Shown piece after piece: positions 39,958 through 49,748 of a DNA stretch of 64,000 bases (position 1 is the stretch's first letter; each line of letters opens with the position of its first letter). A model generated the notes under the pieces. That model saw only the letters and a program-made list of their open reading frames with translations. It did no database searches and was not told the origin of the DNA. The position numbers were made by a program, and so were the translations under genes. This DNA comes from Syntrophales bacterium (lineage in GTDB: Bacteria > Desulfobacterota > Syntrophia > Syntrophales > UBA2210): assembly GCA_963662405.2 (NCBI GenBank), contig CAXXKT010000001.1, positions 1,856,001-1,920,000 on the forward strand, given 5' to 3'.

Positions 39958-41616
39958 TTGAGGAGGGCTTTTGTGAACAGACCGGGTCTGTCAATCTATC
40001 TTCTAGCCGCCATGCTGTTTCTTGCCTTGGTCGATCCATCGGGTGTCTTTTCCAGTGAAGATACGGCATATATCGTGTTTGAGAGGGCAGGCGTTTCCAA
40101 GGATCTCGCCGATCCGTATATCATCAAGAAAAACGAACACCTTTTCGGGATCATCAGGAACCGGTATGCCGTTTCAGAAACCGATATTCACCGAATCTTG
40201 CAGCTCATCAGAAAGTTGAACCCTGAGCTGAAAGATATCAATGTTATTCACCCGGGACAGAAGATCCTTCTCCCCCGGAAGAGGTCTGCGGAGATCTCCC
40301 CCGCTCCTCAACACCCATTGACTGCCGAGAATTCGGAAAAGAGGGACAAGACGACCCTTTTCAAATATGTGGTGAAGAGCGGCGACAGCATCTCGGAGAT
40401 TATTCATGGGTTCGGCAATTCATATGGTGATATCTATAGGATATTGAAACTGGTTCAGCGCCTTAATCCAAAAGTTAAAAATTTTAACGCGATATACCCG
40501 GGGCAAACCTTGCGGTTTCCCTCTGAAGTTTTTAAGAAATCGACACTTTCCTCCGAAGATCGGGATATTTCTCTCCCTGAACATAAGCTGGTGCCGGTGA
40601 TCGGTCATATCGTGGGAAGAATGCGGGATAACATCATAACGGAAGGGAAATACTGTATTCCGATTCCTCCTTCCGGCGAGGTAACGATTAACTGCTCAAA
40701 GGTTCCCGTTATAGAGACCCGTGGCGGCAATACGATTCTTCTCGATCTTTTCGACCGGATACCCGCAGATCTGAAAAACATAATAGAAACGACGTGGCAT
40801 ACCTACCGTGTTGTTGATGGGGGGGAGAGGAAATCCATATCCTCCATTCTCCAAAGGGTGCTGAAAGCTGCCAGCGTATATAGTCTTGAACAGGTCAATC
40901 GCCAGACAAAGATCGGCGATACGCCGGAAATCGGGGTGTTGACGGACTGGATTGTTTCAAGGAAACCCCAATCGGGTGAATCGAGCAGATACGCATTGAA
41001 TTTTTTGAGAAAAAGGTCCGATCTACTCCCCCTTCCCGTGAAGGATTATGCGCGGAGAAGCGGACTCGATATCATTGAAATTATGGATGGCTTCGGGATC
41101 GCCGGTGATGCGACGGTACATCAATCATTGCCCCCTCAGGCCATTGATTCCGACAGCGATCTCGTATGCGTTGCTTCTCTCCTGAAAATACTCGGTTATG
41201 CTCCGGTAGAAGAGGTCGAGATTGCGCTCCTGAACGGAGATGGTCTTTCTCTGTCTCTGAAGGCGGAGTTGCTGGTGAATAATGGGGGCATGCGTGTTAT
41301 CGTAACGGCGCAAGAAATTGCTGAGCAGGTCATACGTCTCCTGCGGGACAGGGGGGACAAGGTCGTCATTGTATCTGACGACAAAAGACGGGCAGAGATC
41401 ATAGCGGATATGGTACGCGCCCTGGATATCCCCTTTTCGCGTGAAGATTTCAGGTTTTCACTTTCACAAGATACCGAGAAGCGAAGGGGCTACATATCTC
41501 TTCCCGCCCTGCGAATCGAGGGGGACAGGACCCTGCATCTGGTCGAATACGATGTTGATAGTGGAATCCAAGCGCTTCTCCGTAAGGAGTGGAAAGTAGA
41601 ATTGGTACGGTATTGA
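39958..41616 (+). CDS. LysM-domain exported protein
   Basis: Signal peptide; two LysM-like repeats ending LNP..I(H/Y)PGQ. Confidence 0.8.
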   Translation: MRRAFVNRPGLSIYLLAAMLFLALVDPSGVFSSEDTAYIVFERAGVSKDLADPYIIKKNEHLFGIIRNRYAVSETDIHRILQLIRKLNPELKDINVIHPGQKILLPRKRSAEISPAPQHPLTAENSEKRDKTTLFKYVVKSGDSISEIIHGFGNSYGDIYRILKLVQRLNPKVKNFNAIYPGQTLRFPSEVFKKSTLSSEDRDISLPEHKLVPVIGHIVGRMRDNIITEGKYCIPIPPSGEVTINCSKVPVIETRGGNTILLDLFDRIPADLKNIIETTWHTYRVVDGGERKSISSILQRVLKAASVYSLEQVNRQTKIGDTPEIGVLTDWIVSRKPQSGESSRYALNFLRKRSDLLPLPVKDYARRSGLDIIEIMDGFGIAGDATVHQSLPPQAIDSDSDLVCVASLLKILGYAPVEEVEIALLNGDGLSLSLKAELLVNNGGMRVIVTAQEIAEQVIRLLRDRGDKVVIVSDDKRRAEIIADMVRALDIPFSREDFRFSLSQDTEKRRGYISLPALRIEGDRTLHLVEYDVDSGIQALLRKEWKVELVRY

Positions 41617-42596
41617 AGGTAAAGGGAATTGCTTTAATGTCCGGTGGCCTTGACAGCATTCTTGCCGTTAAGGTCATGCAGGAACAGGGAATAGAGGTTG
41701 AGGGCGTTGCCTTTGAGACGCCTTTTTTTAGTGCCGACAGGGCTGTGGAGGCTTCCCGCGCGATAGACCTTCCGTTGACCGTTGTGAATATCACGGAAGA
41801 GCATCTCGTTATGCTCAGGGCGCCGCGGTACGGGTATGGCAAAAATATGAACCCCTGTATCGATTGCCATATCCTGATGCTTAAGAAAGCCGGGGAGATC
41901 ATGGAGTCCCGGGGGGATGATTGTATCCTGACGGGGGAAGTGCTGGGGCAGCGTCCCATGTCCCAGGGGAAACAATCGCTCCATGTCGTAGCGAAACGAT
42001 CGGGGTACCAGCCATATATTATCAGGCCGCTGAGCGCCCTGCTCCTGCCGGCGACCGTGCCGGAGACGGAAGGAAAGGTCGATCGGACCCGCTTACTGGA
42101 TATCCAGGGGAGGGGGAGAAAGCGCCAGATAGAGTTGGCCGAGAGGTATCGCATCACCGGGTATGCCACACCCGCTGGGGGGTGTCTCCTGACCGATGCG
42201 GGGTTTTCAAAGAGATTGAGAGACCTCTTCGAGCATGATACGGATGTAGAGATCAGGGATTTAGAACTCCTCAAGGTGGGGAGACACCTTCGATTGAATA
42301 ATACGACAAAGATAATCGTGGGGCGAAAACAAGGCGAGAATGCGATTATCAGCCATCTATCCGGTGACCATGATATCGTGATCAAAATGAAAGATCTTCC
42401 CGGCCCGACGGTCTTGGTACCGTACGGTTGCGATGATCAGGAGCTGCGCCGTGCCGCCTCGATTTGTGCCCTTTACGGCCGATTCCGAGGCGATAAAGAG
42501 GCCGTTGTGACGTGGCGGACGGGGGAAGGAGGGCCATTGAGATATGTTGAGGTTGCGCCCGCTGAAGACCAAGAGGTACGAAAACTGATAATCTAA
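41613..42596 (+). CDS. ThiI/MnmA-like tRNA thiouridylase with NFACT-R-like C-terminus
   Basis: PP-loop SGGLDS, NPCIDC, GEVLGQRPMSQ and PAGGCLLT; start uncertain (41589 or 41613). Confidence 0.8.
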   Translation: MKVKGIALMSGGLDSILAVKVMQEQGIEVEGVAFETPFFSADRAVEASRAIDLPLTVVNITEEHLVMLRAPRYGYGKNMNPCIDCHILMLKKAGEIMESRGDDCILTGEVLGQRPMSQGKQSLHVVAKRSGYQPYIIRPLSALLLPATVPETEGKVDRTRLLDIQGRGRKRQIELAERYRITGYATPAGGCLLTDAGFSKRLRDLFEHDTDVEIRDLELLKVGRHLRLNNTTKIIVGRKQGENAIISHLSGDHDIVIKMKDLPGPTVLVPYGCDDQELRRAASICALYGRFRGDKEAVVTWRTGEGGPLRYVEVAPAEDQEVRKLII

Positions 42597-42779
42597 GAAA
42601 GCAAATGGATCCGCGATGGGAGCACGACTCTTCGTCACGATCGAAAGGGGCCTGTCGAAGAGTCGGTATCGCAGATGTGTCTCATTTGATAACTGTTAAA
42701 AATATATGGAAAACTGGTAGAACAAGGTGTAGTTATCTCGGTAAGGGAATAACGTTTCTACACAATCGTGGAGGGTTTG

Positions 42780-44066
42780 ATGAAAATATTGTTCAATCAA
42801 GAGAGACGTATATCACTATTGATGTCTCTGATTTGTATCCTGCTCATCGCATTGATGGGGTCCGGCGCTGCAGGTGCGGCTGATAGTAAAACGTATGAGA
42901 ACTTGAAGTTGTTTAATGAAGTCCTCAATATGGTTGAGAAGAACTATGTTGAAGATGTCGATCCACAGGTGGTCATTCATGGTGCCATCAACGGGATGAT
43001 GAAAGCTCTGGATCCTCACAGTGTTTTTATGACGGCCGAGCAGTACAGTGACCTGCAGGCGGATACCAAAGGGACGTTCAGTGGACTGGGTATCGTCATA
43101 ACCATGCAGGATGATATCCTCACCGTGGTTGCTCCGATTGAGGATAAACCGGCTTTTATCGCCGGTGTGAAGGCGGGAGACAGGATCGTCAAGATAGATG
43201 CTGAATCGACGAAGGGCTTTACCATTATGGATGCGGTCCATAAGCTCAGGGGAGAAAAGGGAACGAAAGTGACCATAACCGTAACCCGTGAGGACGAAGT
43301 CAATCCGATCATCTTCAATATTGTAAGAGATCTGATAGAAATTAAGAGTGTCAAGCATACCACGTATGGTGATATTGGATATATCAGGGTGTCGAGTTTT
43401 CAAGAAACAACCACCGATGAGTTGGGTGCTGCGCTCAATGAGATATCCACGGGGAATCCCCCTCTCAAAGGTATTGTTCTGGATTTACGGAACAATCCCG
43501 GAGGGCTTTTGTCGCAATCGATAACCGTATCGGATGCGTTCCTCAAATCGGGGGTGATCGTATCTTCCAAGGGAAGAACAACGAAAGAAAAGGTGGCGGA
43601 GGCCAGAGATGACGGCAACGAACCGGTCTGCCCCCTCGTTGTTTTGATCAACGGCGGAACCGCCAGCGCGGCTGAGATCGTATCAGGAGCTCTTCACGAT
43701 AATAAACGGGCGATTCTCCTCGGTACTCAGACGTTCGGGAAGGGATCAGTACAGACCATTGTTCCCCTGAAGGATGGTTCGGCCCTCAAGCTGACGATCG
43801 CAAAATACTATACACCGGACGGTGAATCGATCCAAGCTAAAGGTATTATGCCTGATATTGTGGTTCAATATGTATCACCTGTTGCCGAAGATGAGAACAA
43901 ACCCAAACAAATCAGAGAAAAAGATCTGGAAGGACATATAGAGGGGGAGGAAGAGAAAGGACCGGACGAAAAGGCCAAAAAACAAATGGTGGATCTAAAA
44001 AAAGACAACCAGCTCAAAAGTGCGATTGATCTGTTAAAAAGCTGGTATGTCTTTAAAGAGATGTAG
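42780..44066 (+). CDS. ctpA: Carboxy-terminal processing protease (S41)
   Basis: PDZ GLGI, DLRNNPGG, ASAAEI and TFGKGSVQ motifs. Confidence 0.93.
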   Translation: MKILFNQERRISLLMSLICILLIALMGSGAAGAADSKTYENLKLFNEVLNMVEKNYVEDVDPQVVIHGAINGMMKALDPHSVFMTAEQYSDLQADTKGTFSGLGIVITMQDDILTVVAPIEDKPAFIAGVKAGDRIVKIDAESTKGFTIMDAVHKLRGEKGTKVTITVTREDEVNPIIFNIVRDLIEIKSVKHTTYGDIGYIRVSSFQETTTDELGAALNEISTGNPPLKGIVLDLRNNPGGLLSQSITVSDAFLKSGVIVSSKGRTTKEKVAEARDDGNEPVCPLVVLINGGTASAAEIVSGALHDNKRAILLGTQTFGKGSVQTIVPLKDGSALKLTIAKYYTPDGESIQAKGIMPDIVVQYVSPVAEDENKPKQIREKDLEGHIEGEEEKGPDEKAKKQMVDLKKDNQLKSAIDLLKSWYVFKEM

Positions 44067-44090
44067 CCTGTTGAACTGTTCGGTGCTCAG

Positions 44091-45023
44091 ATGCGTGATT
44101 TGCGGGATTTGTATAGTACCCGAGTGAAGGAGACGGTTTCAAAAATAGCGGGTTCGGCTTGTTCAAGGAAAACGTATGTCACCGTCTGGATCTGTGCTAT
44201 CGCCTTGGTCGGAGTTCTGATCGCGGTTGGATATATGGCGTGTCATTGGGGAACGGAAGATAGCGATGAAAAGGAATCGGTTCTGGAAGAAAGGGGGAAA
44301 ATCCCCGGAAACTATCAAAGAGGAAGTCTGAAAGAGGAGGTAAGCTCTCGGACAGGGGAGGGCAACCGGGTCGCCTTTGTTATTGACGATATGGGGTATG
44401 ATATATCGGTTGTCCATAAACTCCTCGCGTTGGGTATCCCCGTGACGATCTCTATACTCCCTCACCTCCCGTATTCAGAAGCAATCGCCCGGGAGGCATA
44501 CAGGGCCGGAAGGGAGGTAATGCTCCATCTTCCGATGGAGCCCCATGGTTACCCGGAAAAAAAGCCGGGGAGCGGAAACCTGCGGTTGGCGATGCAGGGT
44601 GAGGAATTACGGGCCCAACTGGAAAACAATATACGGAGTGTTCCTCATATATCGGGGGTCAATAATCATATGGGGTCGCGTTTCATGGAAGACGCGGAAA
44701 AGGTAGGGATAGTACTCCGGGAGCTTAAAAGGAGGAGGCTTTTTTTCCTCGACAGTCTCACAACACAAGATTCGAAGGGATTGATGGTGGCGAAGAGGAT
44801 TGGCCTGCCGCATGTCGGAAGAGACATATTTCTTGATAATGAGGGTAATTTTGAAGACTCGTTGAACATTCTGCACCATATTATCGAACGAAGAAACCAA
44901 TGGAAGACGATGGTCATTATCGGGCATCCTTATGACAGCACCGTCCGGGCAATCGGCGAGTCGATGGCCGCTTTCAGACGCAGTGATATCCGCATTGTAC
45001 CGTTGTCCGAGCTAATCAACTGA
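44091..45023 (+). CDS. Divergent polysaccharide deacetylase (YibQ-like)
   Basis: IDDMG, HLPMEP, NNHMGS, RDIFLD and IGHP motifs. Confidence 0.9.
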   Translation: MRDLRDLYSTRVKETVSKIAGSACSRKTYVTVWICAIALVGVLIAVGYMACHWGTEDSDEKESVLEERGKIPGNYQRGSLKEEVSSRTGEGNRVAFVIDDMGYDISVVHKLLALGIPVTISILPHLPYSEAIAREAYRAGREVMLHLPMEPHGYPEKKPGSGNLRLAMQGEELRAQLENNIRSVPHISGVNNHMGSRFMEDAEKVGIVLRELKRRRLFFLDSLTTQDSKGLMVAKRIGLPHVGRDIFLDNEGNFEDSLNILHHIIERRNQWKTMVIIGHPYDSTVRAIGESMAAFRRSDIRIVPLSELIN

Positions 45024-45183
45024 AAGGACAACAGCAGGATTGTTCCCAACGCCCTTTCGGATCGGGGCGCGGGTGGTTTTAGCGGAATATGAATCACTTC
45101 GGTATATACGCAGAGAGCGTGTGAGGAAAAAGAGGACCTGATCTGTGTGGCCGTATACGAGGCAGGGCACGAAAGGCATTTGC

Positions 45184-46884
45184 ATGGCGAAAAACATACA
45201 TATATCGGTGACGCTGTCCCTTCTCGTTTGCTTCGTAGCGTGTGTATCGGCGGTACCCGGCGAGGATCCCATGATGGTAAGCGGTTCATCATCCGAGGGA
45301 TATTATCACTACTCCCGAGGTGTGCTGTTCATGGCTGACGGTGAGATGGACAAGGCTATTGAGGCGTATGAGCGTGCCCTGGGATTTGATCCTGAATCGT
45401 CCTACCTTATGACTGAACTGGCCGAACTCCATATAAAAAGAGAGGAGATCGACCGGGCAGTTTCACTTTTGGAACAAGCGGTTGCTCTTTCTCCTGAACA
45501 GGTTGACCCCCATATCCTGCTTGGCAGTCTGTACAGCAATGTGAAAAGATACGAAGATGCGGTCCGGGAATATGAAACGGTAGTCGGCATCGACCCCGGG
45601 AGACGAGAGGCCTACCTCTTTCTCAACCTTCTCTACCGCGAGAAGCGGGAATACGAAAAAGCCGTGAGCATCTTGGATGATCTCCTGGTCATTGATCCAT
45701 CAAATCTGATGGGCGGTTATTACCTCGCCAAGACGTATGCCGTGATGGAGCAGTATGACAAGTGCGAACTGTGGCTTCGAAAGACTTTGGATATCAAGCC
45801 GAGTTTCAGGCCTGCGCTGGTTGATCTGGGGATGTTGTACCGGTCGCAGGCCCACAGTGAGAAGGCGGTAGCGATATATGAGGATTTTCTTCGAACCAAT
45901 CCAGCCGATGTCCAGGTCCGATTTGAGTTAGCAAATACCCTCATGAAATCGAAGATATACGATGCTGCTTCCCAAGAGTTCGAAACCATATTGCGCTGGG
46001 AAAGCTCGCTGACAGAGGCGAGATTTTCGCTGGGACTGGCCTATTTCCTCGGTGGTGAGAAATTAGATGAAGCCATTGCGGCATTTCTTGAGGTCCTTCA
46101 GGCGGAACCGGATAATGACAAGGCAATATACTTTCTCGCATCTGCGTACGAAAAAAAAGGACAGTTTGCGGATGCGTTCAAAGAGCTCGAATCGATATCT
46201 GAAGGGTCGGGCCTCTATGTGGCGTCCCGTGTCAAAATGGGTTTTATCCTGCAGACTGACGGCCGGATTCAAGAGGCGATCGCACTGATCGGGAAAGAGA
46301 TCAAAAAAACGGACACAGACCCCGAGTTCTACCGATTTCTGGCTGCTTTGTACGAAGAGGAGGAGATGTTTGAAGATGCGGAGCATATTTTAACGGAGGG
46401 GCTGGTCTTTTCCCCGAAGAACGTGGATTTTTACTACCGACTGGGTGTCGTATATGGGAAGCAAAACAAGCATGAACAGAGTATCGCGGCCATGGAAGCG
46501 CTGCTCGAGATTGACCCGGATAATGCGGATGCGCTCAATTACATCGGATATAGTTATGCGGAGAGAGGCGTGAAGCTTGATGAGGCTGAATCTCTCATAA
46601 GGAAGGCCCTCCTCCTGAAGCCGAATAACGGTTATATTATGGACAGTCTCGGGTGGGTTTTCTTTCAGCAGAACAGGTTGAAAGAGGCGATCGACTATTT
46701 GAAAAAGGCTGTGAAGCTTCTCCCTCAAGATCCAACCATTGCCGGTCATCTCGGCGATGCCTACAAAAAGACCGGTCAGGTCGAAGAAGCGTTGGATGTG
46801 TATAAAGAAGCGCTGCATCGTAACCCAGGAAACAGTGATCTCAAGGAAAAGATTCGGCGGGGTATTGAGACATCCGGTGAGTAA
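45184..46884 (+). CDS. TPR-repeat lipoprotein
   Basis: Lipobox-like FVAC, many TPRs, ALNYIGY..DSLGW..HLGD. Confidence 0.88.
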   Translation: MAKNIHISVTLSLLVCFVACVSAVPGEDPMMVSGSSSEGYYHYSRGVLFMADGEMDKAIEAYERALGFDPESSYLMTELAELHIKREEIDRAVSLLEQAVALSPEQVDPHILLGSLYSNVKRYEDAVREYETVVGIDPGRREAYLFLNLLYREKREYEKAVSILDDLLVIDPSNLMGGYYLAKTYAVMEQYDKCELWLRKTLDIKPSFRPALVDLGMLYRSQAHSEKAVAIYEDFLRTNPADVQVRFELANTLMKSKIYDAASQEFETILRWESSLTEARFSLGLAYFLGGEKLDEAIAAFLEVLQAEPDNDKAIYFLASAYEKKGQFADAFKELESISEGSGLYVASRVKMGFILQTDGRIQEAIALIGKEIKKTDTDPEFYRFLAALYEEEEMFEDAEHILTEGLVFSPKNVDFYYRLGVVYGKQNKHEQSIAAMEALLEIDPDNADALNYIGYSYAERGVKLDEAESLIRKALLLKPNNGYIMDSLGWVFFQQNRLKEAIDYLKKAVKLLPQDPTIAGHLGDAYKKTGQVEEALDVYKEALHRNPGNSDLKEKIRRGIETSGE

Positions 46885-47671
46885 ACATACTAGTATCGTA
46901 ACGTGTTTTCTTCTGGTCTGGATCCTTTCGGGGTGTGGTGCCGGGAAGGGCAGAGAGACGGTCTCACTGCTTCCACTACCGATATCTGGGCAGGATGTGG
47001 TCATGAAGCTCGCCGCCATGCGGGACAGTGTTGGTATGATACGGGCCACGGCCCGTATCACTGTTACCGCTCCCGGTATGACATACTCGCGGAAAATGGC
47101 GCTTTTGCTCCAGATGCCATCCAACCTTCGTCTCGAGGCGATCCCGATTTTCGGGCCGGTTGACTTTTTCCTTTCCGCTAACGAACAATCGCTCAAGATG
47201 TTTTTCCCCGGCCAAGGGGAATTTTATGTAGGCGCACCGACGCCCGAAAACTTCTCGTTGTTTTTTAAGGTATCTATTCCCCCTTCCGATGTGGTTCCTC
47301 TTTTTATAGGAGTTCCGCCGGAGGTGATAGGAGGACAGCATTCGGGACACGGGGAAGGAAGTGTTTACCGTATCGATAGTAAATATGCGAATAAGAAGAG
47401 GTCTCTGTGGATAGATCGTGAAAATCAGACCGTGATGAAGTTGGAAGAGAAGAAGGATGATAGGATTCTGTGGAGGGTGCTATTCATGGATTACACCGTT
47501 GTGGGAAAGGTATCTCTTCCGAATCTGATCCAGATTGAAGGAGAAGAACCAGAGAGAGTGGAAATCGAAATTCAATATTTGCAGAGGGATATGATACCGT
47601 CGACGAGTGACACGGCACCGTTCAATCTTCCGATTCCCCCCGGCATCATACCGACACCGTTGGAGCACTAA
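46877..47671 (+). CDS. LolB-like lipoprotein
   Basis: Lipobox LSGC, beta-rich, follows the TPR gene; GTG start inferred. Confidence 0.6.
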   Translation: MSKHTSIVTCFLLVWILSGCGAGKGRETVSLLPLPISGQDVVMKLAAMRDSVGMIRATARITVTAPGMTYSRKMALLLQMPSNLRLEAIPIFGPVDFFLSANEQSLKMFFPGQGEFYVGAPTPENFSLFFKVSIPPSDVVPLFIGVPPEVIGGQHSGHGEGSVYRIDSKYANKKRSLWIDRENQTVMKLEEKKDDRILWRVLFMDYTVVGKVSLPNLIQIEGEEPERVEIEIQYLQRDMIPSTSDTAPFNLPIPPGIIPTPLEH

Positions 47672-47745
47672 TTCGGGCATCCGAATCTTTTCAGAAGATG
47701 TGGATCAGCGGAATATTTATTCCACCGATCCACCGTGATACAATT

Positions 47746-48573
47746 CTACTTGAGACCGATCAGCCTTTTCCTGGCTATGCCTGCGGGTGTCGTGTTGGGA
47801 TAATCTTTAATAACCCCCTGGAGCAACAACTTGGCGCTGGAGGTATCCCCCAGTTTCAGGAAGGAAAGAGCCTGTTTCAGCAGTGCATTGGGAACCTTGT
47901 TTCCTTTTGGATAGTTTTGGATCACCGCTTCATATTCTATGATTGCCTCTTCGTATTTTCCCTGAAAATAGTTGCATTCTCCAATCCAAAACTGGGCATT
48001 ATCGGAATATTCTGAATTGGGAAAGGCCTTCAGAAAAGCCCGAAACTTATCCCTTGCGGCGCCGTATTGCCCATCTTTAAACATGCCGTAGGCACTGGCA
48101 TATGCCTCTTCTTTGCTTGCGGACTCACCTTTTTCGGGTGAGCCCACCTGTTCCTTGTGAGACTCTCCACCTTCGGCAGATTCCTTCACCCCCAGAGAGT
48201 TCTCAAGATACGCCAACCGATCGGATAGATCACTCAGCGTGCTTGATACATCATTCAAACTGCTGGATAGATCTCTCAGCCTGATCTGCGGTTCCTGTTC
48301 CTTTGATTCAAGGACGGACACCTTGACCTCCAGCTGTTCCGTGGTGCCTCGCAGTTTCTGCAGGTTGTCCCTTAAATCGACCAGATCGGCACCGACATCC
48401 GCTTGAATCTTCCCACCGACGCGTATCGATTCGCTGTTTTCTTCGATGCGTTGCTCAAGGGACGATACCTTTGACCCGAGATTCACCTCAAACCGCTGAA
48501 GCTCTTCCTTCGTCACGCCGCACCCCATACAGGTAAATGCGACGAGCGAGAAAAGAACCGCAAAATATTTCAA
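47746..48573 (-). CDS. cpoB: Tol-Pal system protein CpoB/YbgF
   Basis: Coiled coil plus TPR (NAQFWIGE, KVPNALLK); downstream of pal. Confidence 0.92.
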   Translation of the reverse strand: MKYFAVLFSLVAFTCMGCGVTKEELQRFEVNLGSKVSSLEQRIEENSESIRVGGKIQADVGADLVDLRDNLQKLRGTTEQLEVKVSVLESKEQEPQIRLRDLSSSLNDVSSTLSDLSDRLAYLENSLGVKESAEGGESHKEQVGSPEKGESASKEEAYASAYGMFKDGQYGAARDKFRAFLKAFPNSEYSDNAQFWIGECNYFQGKYEEAIIEYEAVIQNYPKGNKVPNALLKQALSFLKLGDTSSAKLLLQGVIKDYPNTTPAGIARKRLIGLK

Positions 48574-48594
48574 GAGAAAAACTCCATGCCGTTA

Positions 48595-49200
48595 TTATTT
48601 CTGAGGCGTTGGGACGAAGTGATCTCTCCTGTTTTTCGTCCATGCCCCTTCGTTGTTCGCGGGGTCCAGCGGTCGTTCCTCACCATAACTGATGGTCGTG
48701 ATTCTCTCCTCGGCAATGCCCAAGCTGGTGAGGTACGCCTTCGCAGCCCCGGCGCGCCTCTCCCCCAAGGCCAAGTTATATTCGCTGGTGCCCCTGTTGT
48801 CGCAATGGCCTTCGATGGTTACCACCCAACCATCTTGATTTAACAGCCAATCTGCCATTTCTCTCAAGGTATCCCTGGCACCGGAATCGAGGTCATAGCG
48901 GTCAAATGCAAAGTGGATATCTTTACAGACTGCGGTGGCTTCGGCCATCAGCTTTTCCTGGGCTGCTTTTTTAGCCGCGGCAGCCTTCCTCATGGCGACG
49001 AATTCGGCCTTTGACTTGGCTGTCTCCTCTGCCAGGATGTCATTCATCGTGGCACCGCTTTTGATACCGGTTGCCGCACTCTTGGCCGTGGCCGACTCAG
49101 TCTTGACTGCCTGGTCCGTTGTTGTACACCCTGCGATGAAAAGCAATGAAAGTACGCACACGAACACCAGCCATCCACTAACAGACAAACTATTCCTCAT
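48595..49200 (-). CDS. pal: Peptidoglycan-associated lipoprotein
   Basis: Lipobox IAGC; IEGHCDNRGT, YNLALGERRA, SYGEERP and NRR motifs. Confidence 0.95.
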   Translation of the reverse strand: MRNSLSVSGWLVFVCVLSLLFIAGCTTTDQAVKTESATAKSAATGIKSGATMNDILAEETAKSKAEFVAMRKAAAAKKAAQEKLMAEATAVCKDIHFAFDRYDLDSGARDTLREMADWLLNQDGWVVTIEGHCDNRGTSEYNLALGERRAGAAKAYLTSLGIAEERITTISYGEERPLDPANNEGAWTKNRRDHFVPTPQK

Positions 49201-49212
49201 TTGATCACTCCT

Positions 49213-49593
49213 TTACTTAGTGGCTTTCGCCTTTGCTGCTTTCTCCGCGGCTGCCTTTTTGGCGGCGGCAGCCTTCTGCATGGCGGCAAATTCGGCCTTC
49301 GACTTGGCGGTCTCCTCTGCCAGAATGTCGTCCATTGATGCACTCCCTGCGATCTTTGGCTCTTCCGCCTTCTCCTTCGCCGCTTTTGCTTCTGCTGCCT
49401 TTTTGGCGGCGGCAGCCTTCTGCATAGCCGCGAATTCAGCCTTGGACTTGGCGGTTTCCTCTGCGAGGATGTCATTCATCGACGCACTTCCCGCGATTTT
49501 ACCTTGTTTGCTTGCACATCCCGTTGTGAAGAAAATTAATGAAAGACAACAGACAAACACCAGAAAAACGACAATACTCGAATGCTTTTCCAT
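49213..49593 (-). CDS. Ala/Lys-rich repeat lipoprotein (126 aa)
   Basis: SD GGAGGAGG, lipobox TTGC, two near-identical helical repeats also found in the Pal linker. Confidence 0.8.
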   Translation of the reverse strand: MEKHSSIVVFLVFVCCLSLIFFTTGCASKQGKIAGSASMNDILAEETAKSKAEFAAMQKAAAAKKAAEAKAAKEKAEEPKIAGSASMDDILAEETAKSKAEFAAMQKAAAAKKAAAEKAAKAKATK

Positions 49594-49748
49594 AGTTCCT
49601 CCTCCAAAAAGTTTAGTGTCTATCCGCTCAGGAACTCTTGGCTGTGGGCGTGTAAACACCCGGACATCGAGAATTCACCCCCCAAGAGTATCCCTGATGA
49701 ATACCATCAACCAATGCATACTCCTTAAAACACAAAACAGTTGTAAAT

